Assembly (NCBI RefSeq): GCF_009914755.1
Contig: NC_060933.1
Length of the DNA stretch: 64,000 bases
Origin: the human T2T-CHM13v2.0 reference genome, Homo sapiens
Direction: 5' to 3' (one strand)
A program made the translations under genes and the position numbers. The notes below the pieces were generated by a model that was not told the DNA's origin, searched no databases, and saw only the letters and a list, made by a program, of their open reading frames with translations. Of this stretch, positions 21,001 to 35,253 are shown piece by piece (positions within the stretch are counted from its first letter, which is position 1; every line of letters begins with the position of its first letter).

Positions 21001-23218
21001 TTTTTTGTATGATTTTATTTTTTTTCTCACTGGCACTGACCTACTGCACTTAAACACTTCCATCAGACTCAAAAAATAATTTTATTTCAGGAGAAAGAAA
21101 ATATTTTACTTAGCTTCTGTTTATACTGTTTCATTATTAAGAGTTTTTTTTTTCTAAGAGATAGGATCTTCCTATGTTGCCCAGGCTGATCTCCAATTCC
21201 TGGCTTCAAGCAGTCCTCCTGCCTCAGCCTCCTGAGTAGCTGGGACTATAGGTATATGCCACTTCTCCCAGCTTGACTTTTTTTTTTTTTTTTTACTATA
21301 ATGGAATGTGTTTTTATTCACCCATTGGAAAAGCCTTTGCTACATATTAATACAAACTTGTCACTAATAAATCCTTCTTTAAGTAAGAAAATAATATAAC
21401 ATGAGCATAACTTTGTGTGAGTTTTAATGTCCTGGAGCCTTGTTGCTTCATGTATAAAGTGCAGGTCAGTAAAAATTAAAATGAGGTAATATGGTATAAT
21501 AGGCTTAACCCAATAAGTGTACAATAAAGGACGGCTGTAATTTTAACATGAATTCAACTGAAATCCTGATAGGGCAACACCAATAACAATGTTTCCTATA
21601 TAGCTCACAAATTGTTCTTTGTCATCCCCTCATCTACCCAATGGGAATTAGAGCTAGCCTGTTAGGCTGCTTGACAGGACCACTGAATGCTGGAAATCAA
21701 CCATATTCTATCCCCTCATTTAACAGATGGGAAAGCAGAGGCTCAGGGAGTTTGGGAAACTTGTCCACAAAGGCACAACTACTTTGTGGCTGAACTACGT
21801 CTAGGACCAGGCTCTCTTTATTGACACAAGTATCTCTTTCCTTTTTATGCCCCTTCACGTTTACAAAGCACCTCCTCAGCTCCATGATTTTGTTTATTAT
21901 GCTACATCACTCAGCTCATGAAAATGGCTTTTTTTTCCTCCTTTCTTGTCATTGGAAGTTTTTTGCATTCTTGTAGCAGCTGATTCCATACTAACCCTTA
22001 AAATGAAAAAATAATAAAAAAATACACACACACACACACACGTGAATATGTGGAAGAAACAGCACTAGGTCTCCCAGGACAACCCAGTGCAGGCCACACC
22101 CTGGCAGTCACAAAGCACATATAAGAAATTGTCTTCCCATGTGAATTGCTTTTGACACTTCAATGCTAAAGAGCTCAGAAGTGCTTCCACTTTGAAAGAA
22201 GCCCAGGAACATTGTAGCCTACCCGTTAATGTGTCTCATTTTGAGACAGAACAGTGAGCAGGTTAACCAGTTGCTCTTCATGTACTTCTTGCAGTAAGTC
22301 CTTCAAAGAATGAAGAGTGAAGACAATTCATTTCTCCTGCTGGAATTTTTCCTTCTTATTCTTTTGCTTTTTTAAAGGTTGTTATATTCAGGTATAGGGA
22401 TAAGACATTATAAAAGATAAAGGATATCATATGAGGGAGGAAATCAGACAATTAATCCAAAAAAATCTTCTGTAGAAATTAAAAATCAAAACTTGTGGGC
22501 AAGGTAGGAGGCAACACGTTCTTTCCACAGAGCTGTTCCTCAAAAGCAGGAATGAAAAACAAAAAACGAAAAACAAAAAAACAGACCTCAGCTGCATAAT
22601 GAAGCTGGGGTCTTGGCCTGACAGCTTTTAATATCCTTAAAACCGGGCTGGGCATCAAGCGTCTTCTCCAGAATAGGCCAAGGAAGACAAGTCCAGTTTG
22701 GTTTTTAAGGCTTTAGTGAGCTCTGCAGCGAGCACATCATGGAGGGACACGCAATCGTGGGAGTACACCCAGTTTTTCTCAGTCCAGTCATAACGCTTGA
22801 GTCCACTGGATGGAGAAGATAACCAGATTTGCTTGTTTGGTGTCTGCTTGTTGATCACGTAGGTTGCTAGATCTCTACCCAGTTTACCAGTTAAGACACC
22901 ACTCCCAAAGGAAACATCATAGTCCTCAAACGTGTATGGCTTGTCTGCAAGGTCTTCAAAAAACTCTGCTAAAGAGTCCAGTGATTCCTCCGCTAGTCTT
23001 TCATAGGTGGTCTCATCTACAGAGCCTGGGTGGCCCAAAGTTCCCGATTTCCTCAAATTCATCAAATAGACACTCTGCTTTTTGACATTCCGAATCTGGT
23101 TGAGGCCATGGAGGTTCAAACTGGCATGGTGGGGTGCGCAGGCCACGGCGATTCCAGTGCGCAGGCCCCAGCAGCCATAGAGCGGGGCCAATTCTGCTGG
23201 CCGCAGGGCCCAGGTGAG
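21001..23218 (-). pseudogene. Processed frataxin (FXN) retrocopy, 5'-truncated, with CDS and ~1.65 kb of 3' sequence
   Basis: Intronless; translation matches recalled FXN residues ~24-210; FXN-like 3' UTR follows the TGA at 22657-22655; A-rich end at 21001-21025; TSD aatttattcaatatttct (20983-21000) / aatgttttcaatattcct (23220-23237), 15/18 identical. Confidence 0.95.
22655..23062 (-). CDS. Potential 135-aa ORF from the retained Met76 of the FXN retrocopy (FXN76-210-like); translation unproven
   Basis: ATG at 23062-23060 ([13 protein letters not shown]...), open to TGA; weak Kozak context (TTG ATG A). Confidence 0.25.
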   Translation of the reverse strand: MNLRKSGTLGHPGSVDETTYERLAEESLDSLAEFFEDLADKPYTFEDYDVSFGSGVLTGKLGRDLATYVINKQTPNKQIWLSSPSSGLKRYDWTEKNWVYSHDCVSLHDVLAAELTKALKTKLDLSSLAYSGEDA

Positions 23219-23333
23219 CAATGTTTTCAATATTCCTAGGCTATGTAGTTCATCTGTTTTCCAAACTGTAGGAAATCTCCAAAATTTTTCCAATTTATTT
23301 TTTGGAAAAAAAAAAAAAAAGGCTGTGTCTTAA

Positions 23334-23537
<204 letters not shown>

Positions 23538-24149
23538 TGAAGTGATGCTCCTGTCTCGGCCTCCCAAAGTGCTGAGATTACAGGTGTGAGCCACTGCGCC
23601 TGGCCCATTGCACAGTTCTTTTACATTTCAAAATTATCATAATAAAACAGAAAGAAATAATATTCTGAAACCAAAAGCTGCAAAATATTTTTTTAACTGT
23701 TCAGGCATATTTGAAAAAAAAATTTTCCTTACAGAAGTGAAAAATATAATGGCTAAAATATTTAAAACCTCAATGAAGTGTTGTATAGGTACATCCATAC
23801 ACAAAAAAGCAACAGCTAGAAAACTGGACTATCAAGTCAAGCAAAAGACTTGAACACATTCTTTACAAAGAGAAAAACAGAACACATATGAGAAGTTGCT
23901 CAACCTTAACAGTAATCCTCGAAATAAAAATTAAAACCACAATGTCCTACCACTTTACATTCAGCAGATTCACAAAAGCTATAAAGTATGATTGCAACAA
24001 GTGTTGGAAAGGAAGGATTACAGAAATAGCAACTCTTATATCCTGCTGGTATAAGTGTAAACTGATACAACCGCTTTGGAACACAGTCTGGCATTACCTA
24101 GTAAAATTAAATATGCTTATATCCTCTGATCTTGCAATTCTACTATTAG

Positions 24150-24449
<300 letters not shown>

Positions 24450-24796
24450 TGATCTGCCTGCCTCTGCCTCCCAAAGTGCTGGGATTACAGGTGTGAGCCA
24501 CTGCGCCTGGCCAGTATCATTTATATAATAATAAAAACTTGGAAGCAACCCAAATGTCCATTATCAGAAGAATAAGTGATTTGCAATATATAGTCAAACA
24601 CTGCCTAGTGTTGCACAGTCAAACAAAATGAATGAGTGAAAGCTATAGTCAATCAACATGGCTCAATCTCAGGAATAACTGGAAAAAAGGAAGCTGCAGA
24701 ATACATACAATATGGATTCATAAATATGTTGTGTAGGAATAGAAATACATGCTGCAAAACTACAAAGAAAAATGAATGATTAAAAAAAAAATTTCA

Positions 24797-25124
<328 letters not shown>

Positions 25125-25194
25125 TCATTTGAGAGGGAGATAGGATCAGGGATGTATTGAAAATGTTCTACTTTTATTTTTTTTAATTTTTTGA

Positions 25195-25503
<309 letters not shown>

Positions 25504-25730
25504 TAGGTACTCAAATGTGCCTTAATATTGTTAATCTTTATACTTTACGTATTCAAATGTATTTTTTTACTTAGCAGACCAGTGTGACGGTACATTTGTA
25601 AATATTATTTTGAATTTATCCAAAATAATATTATTTTATTATAACCTTATTTTATACAGGTAAAATATAATACATGGTTCTTAAATACCTAAAATGATAA
25701 AATTCGTCTTTAATAATGTTCTTTGCCTAC

Positions 25731-25831
25731 CCGAAAAATCTTGTGCATCCTCATGGTGGCTGAACAAAAGATAAATCTTGTGAGGAGCAAGCGAAGAAAT
25801 TCATCTCCAAAAAACTGGAGAAATGCCTGAT
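25731..25831 (-). CDS. SCAI: SCAI penultimate exon, (D)QAFLQFFGDEFLRLLLTRFIFCSATMRMHKIFR
   Basis: 101 bp; ttgcag| and |gtaggc; phase 1/0. Confidence 0.95.
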
Positions 25832-26031
25832 CTGCAAAGAGGAGAAAAGTGACAGTAAAAAGATGCTTAAATGGAAATTATGTTTCAAAGGGGAAGGAAA
25901 CTTCAGGAAAGCGTTCTCAACTTTCCTGCCTGGGACACATACCTTTAAAAATTCAAACAATTTAAAATAAGTAACCATTTTAAGCCATTATAGTACATTC
26001 TGTTAAACGTGCAGTTAGATTAGGAGGGTAC

Positions 26032-26205
26032 CTATTGAACGTGAATGAGTCAGTAGCTGGGCAATATCACGGTTGATTTTTCGAAGATATTCTTGACACT
26101 TTTCCCATAGGCCTCTGCGCATGCTTGACAATCCAGAGACAAATAGGAAGGCCATTAGAGGATTGTTCAAAAAGAGAGTGAAGAGGCTACCTCGCTGAGA
26201 TTGAT
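26032..26205 (-). CDS. SCAI: SCAI coding exon, (D)QSQRGSLFTLFLNNPLMAFLFVSGLSSMRRGLWEKCQEYLRKINRDIAQLLTHSRSI(D)
   Basis: 174 bp; tacag| and |gtaccc; phase 1/1; peptide visible in ORF 26015..26221. Confidence 0.96.
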
Positions 26206-27329
26206 CTGTAATAACAAACATGTTATATATATAGACAATAGTTTTGCAAAAGATAAGAGATACATATGAGGAACATTTTAATATACTGATAATATATAAA
26301 ATTAAAGCTATCTCATTAAATCATAATTCATCAAAGCAGATTCTTCACGAAACTACAAAAACTTTGCTATGTTGCTTTCTGCTGAACAAACTTCAGAAAG
26401 AGCCTAGAAAACTTAAGAGAAATGGAAAATGATATTTCTTACTATTTTTTGCTCTCAATTAACAAATTTCATCCAAATATGGCAAGTGTTGGATTATGGG
26501 TTATCTTGATAGAATTCTCTGATGAGTGCTACAAACGCCAGTCTTTTTCATTCTCTTCTGAGTTGCTCTCTATGAGCTGCTCTTTCCCTTCCTATCTCTT
26601 AAATATGAGTAGTTTCTTTCTTTGGCCCCATACATTGCTGACTGCTCTCACTCCCATGATTTTAGTTACCATTTATATGCCTACAAATTTCTAATTCTCT
26701 ATCAGCAGCCTAAATTGAATTCCTTAGGTCTGGCACTGCTCTGTCTTGCGGTAGATACTGGACACTAAAAACGTGACTAGATGAGTAAAATACTGGACAC
26801 TAAAAATGTGACTAGATGAGTAAAATGTGACTAGATGATTTCAAAGCTTTAGTACAAAATGTCATTGTTAACACTAATTTCACCTGTTTCTTTTTACTGT
26901 TTTTGATATAGGTAATAGAAAATTTAATGACTCACACTCTTACTTCTTTTAAGTACTGCTGCTCTAGGCTACTCTATTCAACCTAATTCTCAAAGGCACC
27001 TCAAACTCAACATGTCAACAACTCAAAGCAAATTATTTCCCCTTTTGTTCTCTACAAATATGCTTCTCATCAGGTATTATCATTTCTACCAGCATCTCAG
27101 CCAGAAACCTGGAAGTCTATTCCTGCCTTCCCTCCCCACACCTAGTCCATCACAAAGTCCTGTTGGTTCTATGGTTCTATGGGCTTAGTATCTTTGCAGC
27201 TGGCTACTAGTCATTGTGCTATCTCCAGCCATCTCCCTATTTTCATCCATGCCCCTCCCAAGTTCATTCTCTAGGACATTAACTGAATGCTCTTTCATGC
27301 TACTCTCCTGTTTAAATCTTTTGATGGTA

Positions 27330-27656
27330 CAAGTTGAGTATCCCTTATCCAAAATGCTTGGGGCCACAAGTGTTTGGATTTTGGGTTTTTTGGGATTTGC
27401 AATATTTGCATATACATAATGAGATGTCCTGGGGACAGGTCCCAAGTCTAAACACGAAGTTTATTAATGTTTCATATGTACCGTATACACATAACCTAAA
27501 GGTAACTTTACATAATATTTTAAATAATTTTGTACATGAAACAAACCTTGTGCTAAGTACTGATATGTGGAATTTTTCACTTTCAGTATCGTGTTGATAC
27601 TCAAACTTTTGAATTTTGGAGCATTTCAGATTTTAGGACTAAGAATGCTCAACCTG
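27330..27656 (+). mobile_element. Tigger4/Zombi-type MITE
   Basis: TIRs caagttgagtatccctta ... gaatgctcaacctg, flanked by TA. Confidence 0.85.
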
Positions 27657-27769
27657 TACCCCATTGTCTTCCACTTAAATTACTTAACAAATCTTAGAAA
27701 TTCTTTCACAATTCAATCACACAATCTCAAACTCTACCCTTTAGCTAGAAGGAATGACTAATTTCTCTA

Positions 27770-27979
<210 letters not shown>

Positions 27980-30474
27980 TCAGGAGTTTGAGACCAGCCT
28001 GGCCAACATTTTTAGTCTCTCATAAAAATACAAAAAAATTAGCTGGGAGTGGTGGCGAGCGCCTGTAATCCCAGCTTCTCGGGACGCTGAGGCAAGGAGA
28101 ATCGCTTGAACTTGGGAGGCAGAGGTTGTAGTGAGCTGAGACTGCGCCACTGCATCTAGCCTGGGCGACAGTGCAAGACTCCATCTCAAAAAAATACAAT
28201 AAAATAAATTTCTCTACATGCTCCCTAAGCTGTCTTATCTCATGGCCACAGCACATGCAAATTCTCAGCTGGAACACTCTTGCTCGGTCATTTCCCACCC
28301 CCATCTAGTTCTCCATGTTCTTAACGTCCACGTTAGACATTATCTCATCCCCTTCCCTCGTCTTCATTGTGCTGCTAGTCAGGAGTTCCTCGTCCATTTG
28401 CAGGCATCCTCTTGTGAATCACTTATAATAACCGCCCATCAGGCTCTGTCTATCTGCCACAAGACATTTGGCTCTGTGAAGAATGTAACTGTGCTTGTCA
28501 GGTCATAGTGCTATCTCCAGTGCCCAGCACAGTACCTGATAATAAATGTTGAATAGCACTTTGGGAGGCCAAGGCAGGCAGATCTCTTGAGCCCAGGAGT
28601 TTGAGACCAGCCTAGGCAACATGGTGAGACCCAGTCCCTACAAAAAAAAAATACAAAAATTAGCTGGGTGTGGTAGTGTATACCTGTGGTCCCAGCTACT
28701 TGAGAGGCTGAAGTGGGAGGATCACCTGAGCCCAGGAGGTAGAGGCTGAAGTGAGCTATGATCACACAACTGTACTCCAGCCTGAGTGACAGAGTGAGAC
28801 CCCATCTCAAAAAAAAAAAAAAAAAAATTGAATAAATGAAGTAACTCTTGGCTAATGAGAAAACTATAGGCTTTAGATCTCAGAAGTGCTTACTGATCAG
28901 CTAGTTTTGCACCCACATGGAAGGCTCTCCCCTTTTGCAGAGGTGAGTAGCAATTATGCCTATGGATAAATCCAAAACATTTCTCACAGAAGAATTTTGA
29001 ATCTGCTTTTGTAACTGAACAATTAATTTAAGGTGTTAGAGGTCTAAGCTTTGTAGCATGAAGATAGGAAACCGGATAAAATGTGTGAAGGACATGTATT
29101 ACAACTAAGCATAATAATAATAATGACAGCACATATTGAGTAGTTACTACATACCCAGCATTATTCTATGAGGTAGATACTATTATTATTTCCATTTGAT
29201 AGATGAAGAAACTGAGGCACAGAATGGCTGAATAATTTCCCAAGGTCACACAGCAAGTAAGTGGCTGAGTCGGGATTCAAATTCAGTCAGTTTGCCTCCA
29301 AAGTCTGTTTTTCTCCTCTATACAATGAAGTCTTTCAGACCGAATAATCTTGGTATTAACCTATTTGACCATGTAAATTTAAATAAAACTACATAATGAT
29401 AGGACAGATTGATAGCAAAAAGTACTGCTCAGTAACTGAAAGAGATTACATTCCTCCAGAAATGATAAGAAACAGGATAACAAAATCTTCAAAGCAGGAG
29501 AATTTTACCGTTGTTTGAAGGTAAGTTCTATCCCTTAGTAATTTTACTTTTGGATACATGAAGTTAATATTTCTACATGTTTTTCCCTGTTAAACAGCAG
29601 AACTTACCTTAAAACAACGGTGAAAGCCTCCAGCTTCTCTCAGGCATTCAAATGCTGACCATCACTTCCTGTGTCAAACTATGTCAGCAGACAGGACTTC
29701 TGGCTGGGAAGTAGCAGTAAAATGCCATCTCCCACAGAGAGACATCAGCACTATTCACAGTTAGGGAGATAGTGAAACAGTGACAAGTACTGCTAAAACA
29801 GTGTTAAGGTTGTTTAGTATTTTACCTACTAAATGACTGGGAGTTAGAATTAGATTTTATGTGTCACTAATTAAAGACAAATTATTAAGGACAAAAAGTC
29901 TTTTGATTCTCAGCCATTGAAGAAATGGCCAAAACACTAACCTGTCTCTCTGGCAGACTTAGAAGAGGTTCTTTTATTTTTAAATCACAACAAGGTAAAA
30001 ATGTGAATAAAAGAAACACTTTAAGTTGTGCCAGTTAGGTTATCCTAACTCTGTGGCATAGACTGAGAAGTTTCCTAGACCAGCAATCTTAAAGTCTTAA
30101 AAGATGCCTTGGATCTTTTAAAACATGCCTGCAAAGGTATAGGAAAACCATGCTATATGGATATGACCAGCAAATCAAAACAAACACCTATAAAACAAAT
30201 TTTAAAATTTACAAATCATGAGTTCCCCATCAGCAAGGAACAAAACCACTTCTTTCTCAGGGATGAATTATTTCAAGGCCTAACGGTAGCACATTAAGGG
30301 ATCCTGGTTGTTGGCAAGGCTTCTGGGTATATTTCAGAGCGACACCTGCCATATTAAACACCATAAATCCACACGCGATCATTATGGGAGGAAAAAACAA
30401 AGATCAGTACTATTCATAATATAGATAGTGTTTATTTGCAACCTATGGCTATACCAGGCAATGAGGGTACATAC

Positions 30475-30547
30475 CTTGTAAAGCTTTTGGATATGCTGTA
30501 GGAGAAAGCAAGCAGACTAGTGGCTGTCCAAACAAGTTTGTGAAATT
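30475..30547 (-). CDS. SCAI: SCAI coding exon, NFTNLFGQPLVCLLSPTAYPKALQ(D)
   Basis: 73 bp; tacag| and |gtatgt; phase 0/1. Confidence 0.95.
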
Positions 30548-31308
30548 CTGTAATATATAAGAATTTAAAACTTGCATTAAAGATTTGACCAAAGATAGTT
30601 ACTTAGTAATTTTCCAAAGCATATTTTTAGTGTATAGATTGGGCCCTTAAACTCATAAATAGATGCAGAAACATCAGCAACAGCTAAGGAGACTGCCATT
30701 CATATATAAGTACCATGCATAATAGGCTTTCTTAAAGGCTCTCAATTGAAATAGTTTACTGAGTGAACTACTGATTTTTTAAACACAAGGCATAAACATG
30801 ATTGTAGTTTTGCACGGAGAAGTCATCTGGCTGTATACCAAGAGGCCAATCCATCGAGCAACACACACTTATATATATAAAGGTGAACTTTCCAAGATCC
30901 AGGATCTGGCTTTCAGCTCCAAAACCTGATTCCTGGAGTCATCTCTTATTGTGGGTCATAATAACTGCTCTCATGGAATGACATAAAAGACCAGAATGTG
31001 AATCTGTGATTTACAGTAACAAGCTGACACTCAAACTAAAGTACTCTACATAATTAATCATATCCTTTCCCTGAAGGTATATCTACAAGGGAAGTAAAAT
31101 CATAAGCTGTGTGGTAAAGCAACAAGAAAAATAAAACTCCTAGGAGTAAACTTAAAAAGAAATAAAAAATCAAACAACAAAAACATTTTTTAAAATACTC
31201 TTGAATGAAGACTTGAACAAATGTAAAGACATACCATGTTCTTTTTTTTTTTGAGTCGTGCTCTTGTTGCCCAGGCTGGAGTGCAATGGCACGATCTCGG
31301 TTCACTGA

Positions 31309-31563
<255 letters not shown>

Positions 31564-31754
31564 TAAAATGTCATTACACTAACTTATTAAAATTTAAACC
31601 AACCTCAATAAAAATAACCACAGACTTTTTTTCCTACAATTGAAAAAAGTAATTCTAAAGTTCATATGGAAAAACTGGATTCCCCAAGAGAACTCTGAAA
31701 AAGAGCAGAGGGGGAACTAGACTCATCAGATATTGAAACATACTTTACACCTCA

Positions 31755-32078
<324 letters not shown>

Positions 32079-32695
32079 TCAGTAATTAAAGTGGTGCTGG
32101 TACAAGAGTAGGCAGGAAACCAATGGAACAGAATGAAAAGTCCAGAATTAGACTCCAAAACATTTAGGACTTATGTACACATAATAATGACACCTCAGAT
32201 TGGCTGGAAAAACTGAATAGCCATCTAAAAGAAAGTTGGTTCCATACTTCATACCACACACTAGGACAAATTCCAAATATATCAAAGATGTAAATGTAAA
32301 AAATTAAATAATAAAAGTGGTGAAAAAAATAATTATTTTTTTTACCTAGACTCTCCTGTTATGATTAACTATGATTGATAAACCTAGTTACATAAAAATC
32401 AAAAGCTTATGAATGGTAAAATATAGCATAAACAAAATCAAAAGTCAAATAATGAACTGAAGAAAATATCTGGAACTCACATTACAAAGGATTAATCTCA
32501 TAATATTGAAAGAGCCTCTTAGCCAGGCGCGTTGGCTCACACCTGTAATCCCAGCACTTTGGGAGGCAGAGGTGGGCAGATCACCTGAGGTCAGGAGTGG
32601 AGACCAGCCTGGCCAACATAATGAAACCCCGTTTCCACTAAAAATACAAAAATTAGCTGGGCGTGGTAGCGCATGCCTGTAATTCCAGCTACTCA

Positions 32696-32818
<123 letters not shown>

Positions 32819-33348
32819 CTATCAGTTAAGCAAAATTTCTAAAAGTTTGAGAATATACACTGTTGGCAAGAATGTGGGGAAATACTCATATGTAGGTAAT
32901 AGGAGTATAAATTGATATAAACACTTTAGAAGACAATTTAACTTGGCAGCATCTATTACACTCAAATGCATATTAACACAGAAATTCCCAAACTAGAAAT
33001 TTTCCCTATAGATACACTATGCAACTAATAAAATAACGTAAGTATTAAATTATTCCTTGAAGCCTTGTTAGTGATAGTGAAGGAATGGAAATAACACAAC
33101 CAAATGACCAGAAATACAGGATTGGTACAATAAATTATGCTACAATAATACAATGGAATAATAAACAGCTATAAAAAAGAACAAAGAAGTTCTTTATGAA
33201 CAGGTATGAAGGGTCACCAATACTTTTTTTCTTTTTTTTTTGAAACAGTTTCGCTCTGTCGCCCAGGCTGGAGTGCAACCTCCACCTCTCAGCTCACTGT
33301 AACCTCCGCTGCCCAGGTTCAAGTGATTCTTGTGCCTCAGCCTCCTGA

Positions 33349-33588
<240 letters not shown>

Positions 33589-34128
33589 TAACTAAGAAAA
33601 CTAAAGACTATTTCTTGGCTGGGCATGGTGTGTCTCATGCCTGTAATCCCAGCACTTTGAGAGGCCAAGGGCAGGCAGATCATTTGAGTCAGGAATTTGA
33701 GACCGACCTGACCAACATGGTGAAAGCCCATCTCTACTAAAAATACAAAAATTAGCCGGGCATGGTGGCGTGTGCTTGTAATCCCAGCTACTAGGTAGGC
33801 TGAGGCAGGAGAATTGCTAGAACCCAGGAGGCGGAGGTTGCAGTGAGCCAAGATCATGTCACTGTACCCTAGCCTGGGCAACAGATGAAGACTCCATCTC
33901 AAAAAATAAAAATAAAAAAAAGACTATTTGTTTTAGTTTGTATATCCATTTACAACTTTTTTTCTAAAAGGATAAGAAACAGGTAACAGTGATTATCTAT
34001 AGGGAGAGATAGGAATTTAGTGCATTGGGACTAGGCGGGAGGAAGAGATTTCACAATATGACTTCTTGAAATTTTTGATTCTGTGACTTTGTGAATGTAA
34101 TACCAGTACTAAAAATATTAAGCAAATA

Positions 34129-34529
<401 letters not shown>

Positions 34530-34696
34530 CTACAGATCCCTAAAGATGGCTTTAGGGATCTTAGCCATGTCGCTTTTCCTCTTAGATAGTGCTAAAATGG
34601 ACATTGCTATTATTTATTTCTAAAGGTCTCCTTTTTCTTTGCACTCCTTGCTAACGAACTTCTCTCCTGACTTTTTTTTTTTTCCCCCAATAATAC

Positions 34697-35253
34697 TGTG
34701 CAGAGAAGAGTTAGCATAGCAAGCCAGACTGCCATCCTTCGAAAGTTTTGCTTATTGGGTTGGCCCCTGGCTGGCTTCTGGGAACTTAGTTTTGGTGAAA
34801 ATTCCTACCATTAGCAGAACTGATAAAGAGTGGCTCGCTGTCCCTAGAATGTGCAAACAAGATGGTTTATACTGAACACCTGCTTTCCTTCTGGGAGTGT
34901 AGCATTTTGTTAAGAGCCAGGCAGAGAGTGCCCACAAGACCAGTTCCCAATAAAAACCCTGGTTGCTGAGTTCCTAATGAGCTTTGCTGGTAGATAATAT
35001 TTAATCCATGTTGTCACAACTTGTTGGTTGGGTAATTAAGTGTATCCTGTGTGACTCCGCTGGAAGAGGGCCCCTGGAAGTTTGTACTTGGTTTTCTCCA
35101 AACTCACCCCACTTATCTTTTTCTTTTGCTGGTTTTGCTCTGTATCCTTTTACTGTACTAAATCTTAGCAGTGAGTACGACTATATGCCGAGTCCTGTGA
35201 ATCTTCCTAGGAAATCACTGAACCTGGGAATCATCTTGGAGACCTCTGACATA
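34697..35253 (+). mobile_element. Solo LTR, MER68-like (ERVL class)
   Basis: Starts tgtgcagagaagagttagcatagc, ends gacata; 5-bp TSD aatac (34692-34696, 35254-35258); ~557 bp; resembles recalled MER68 consensus. Confidence 0.8.

Noticed and set aside
23219-23293. 212-aa ORF read as a full-length frataxin with an alternative presequence
   Set aside because: The start codon is TTG and the first ~24 codons are Tigger2 DNA; the similarity in length to 210-aa FXN is coincidental
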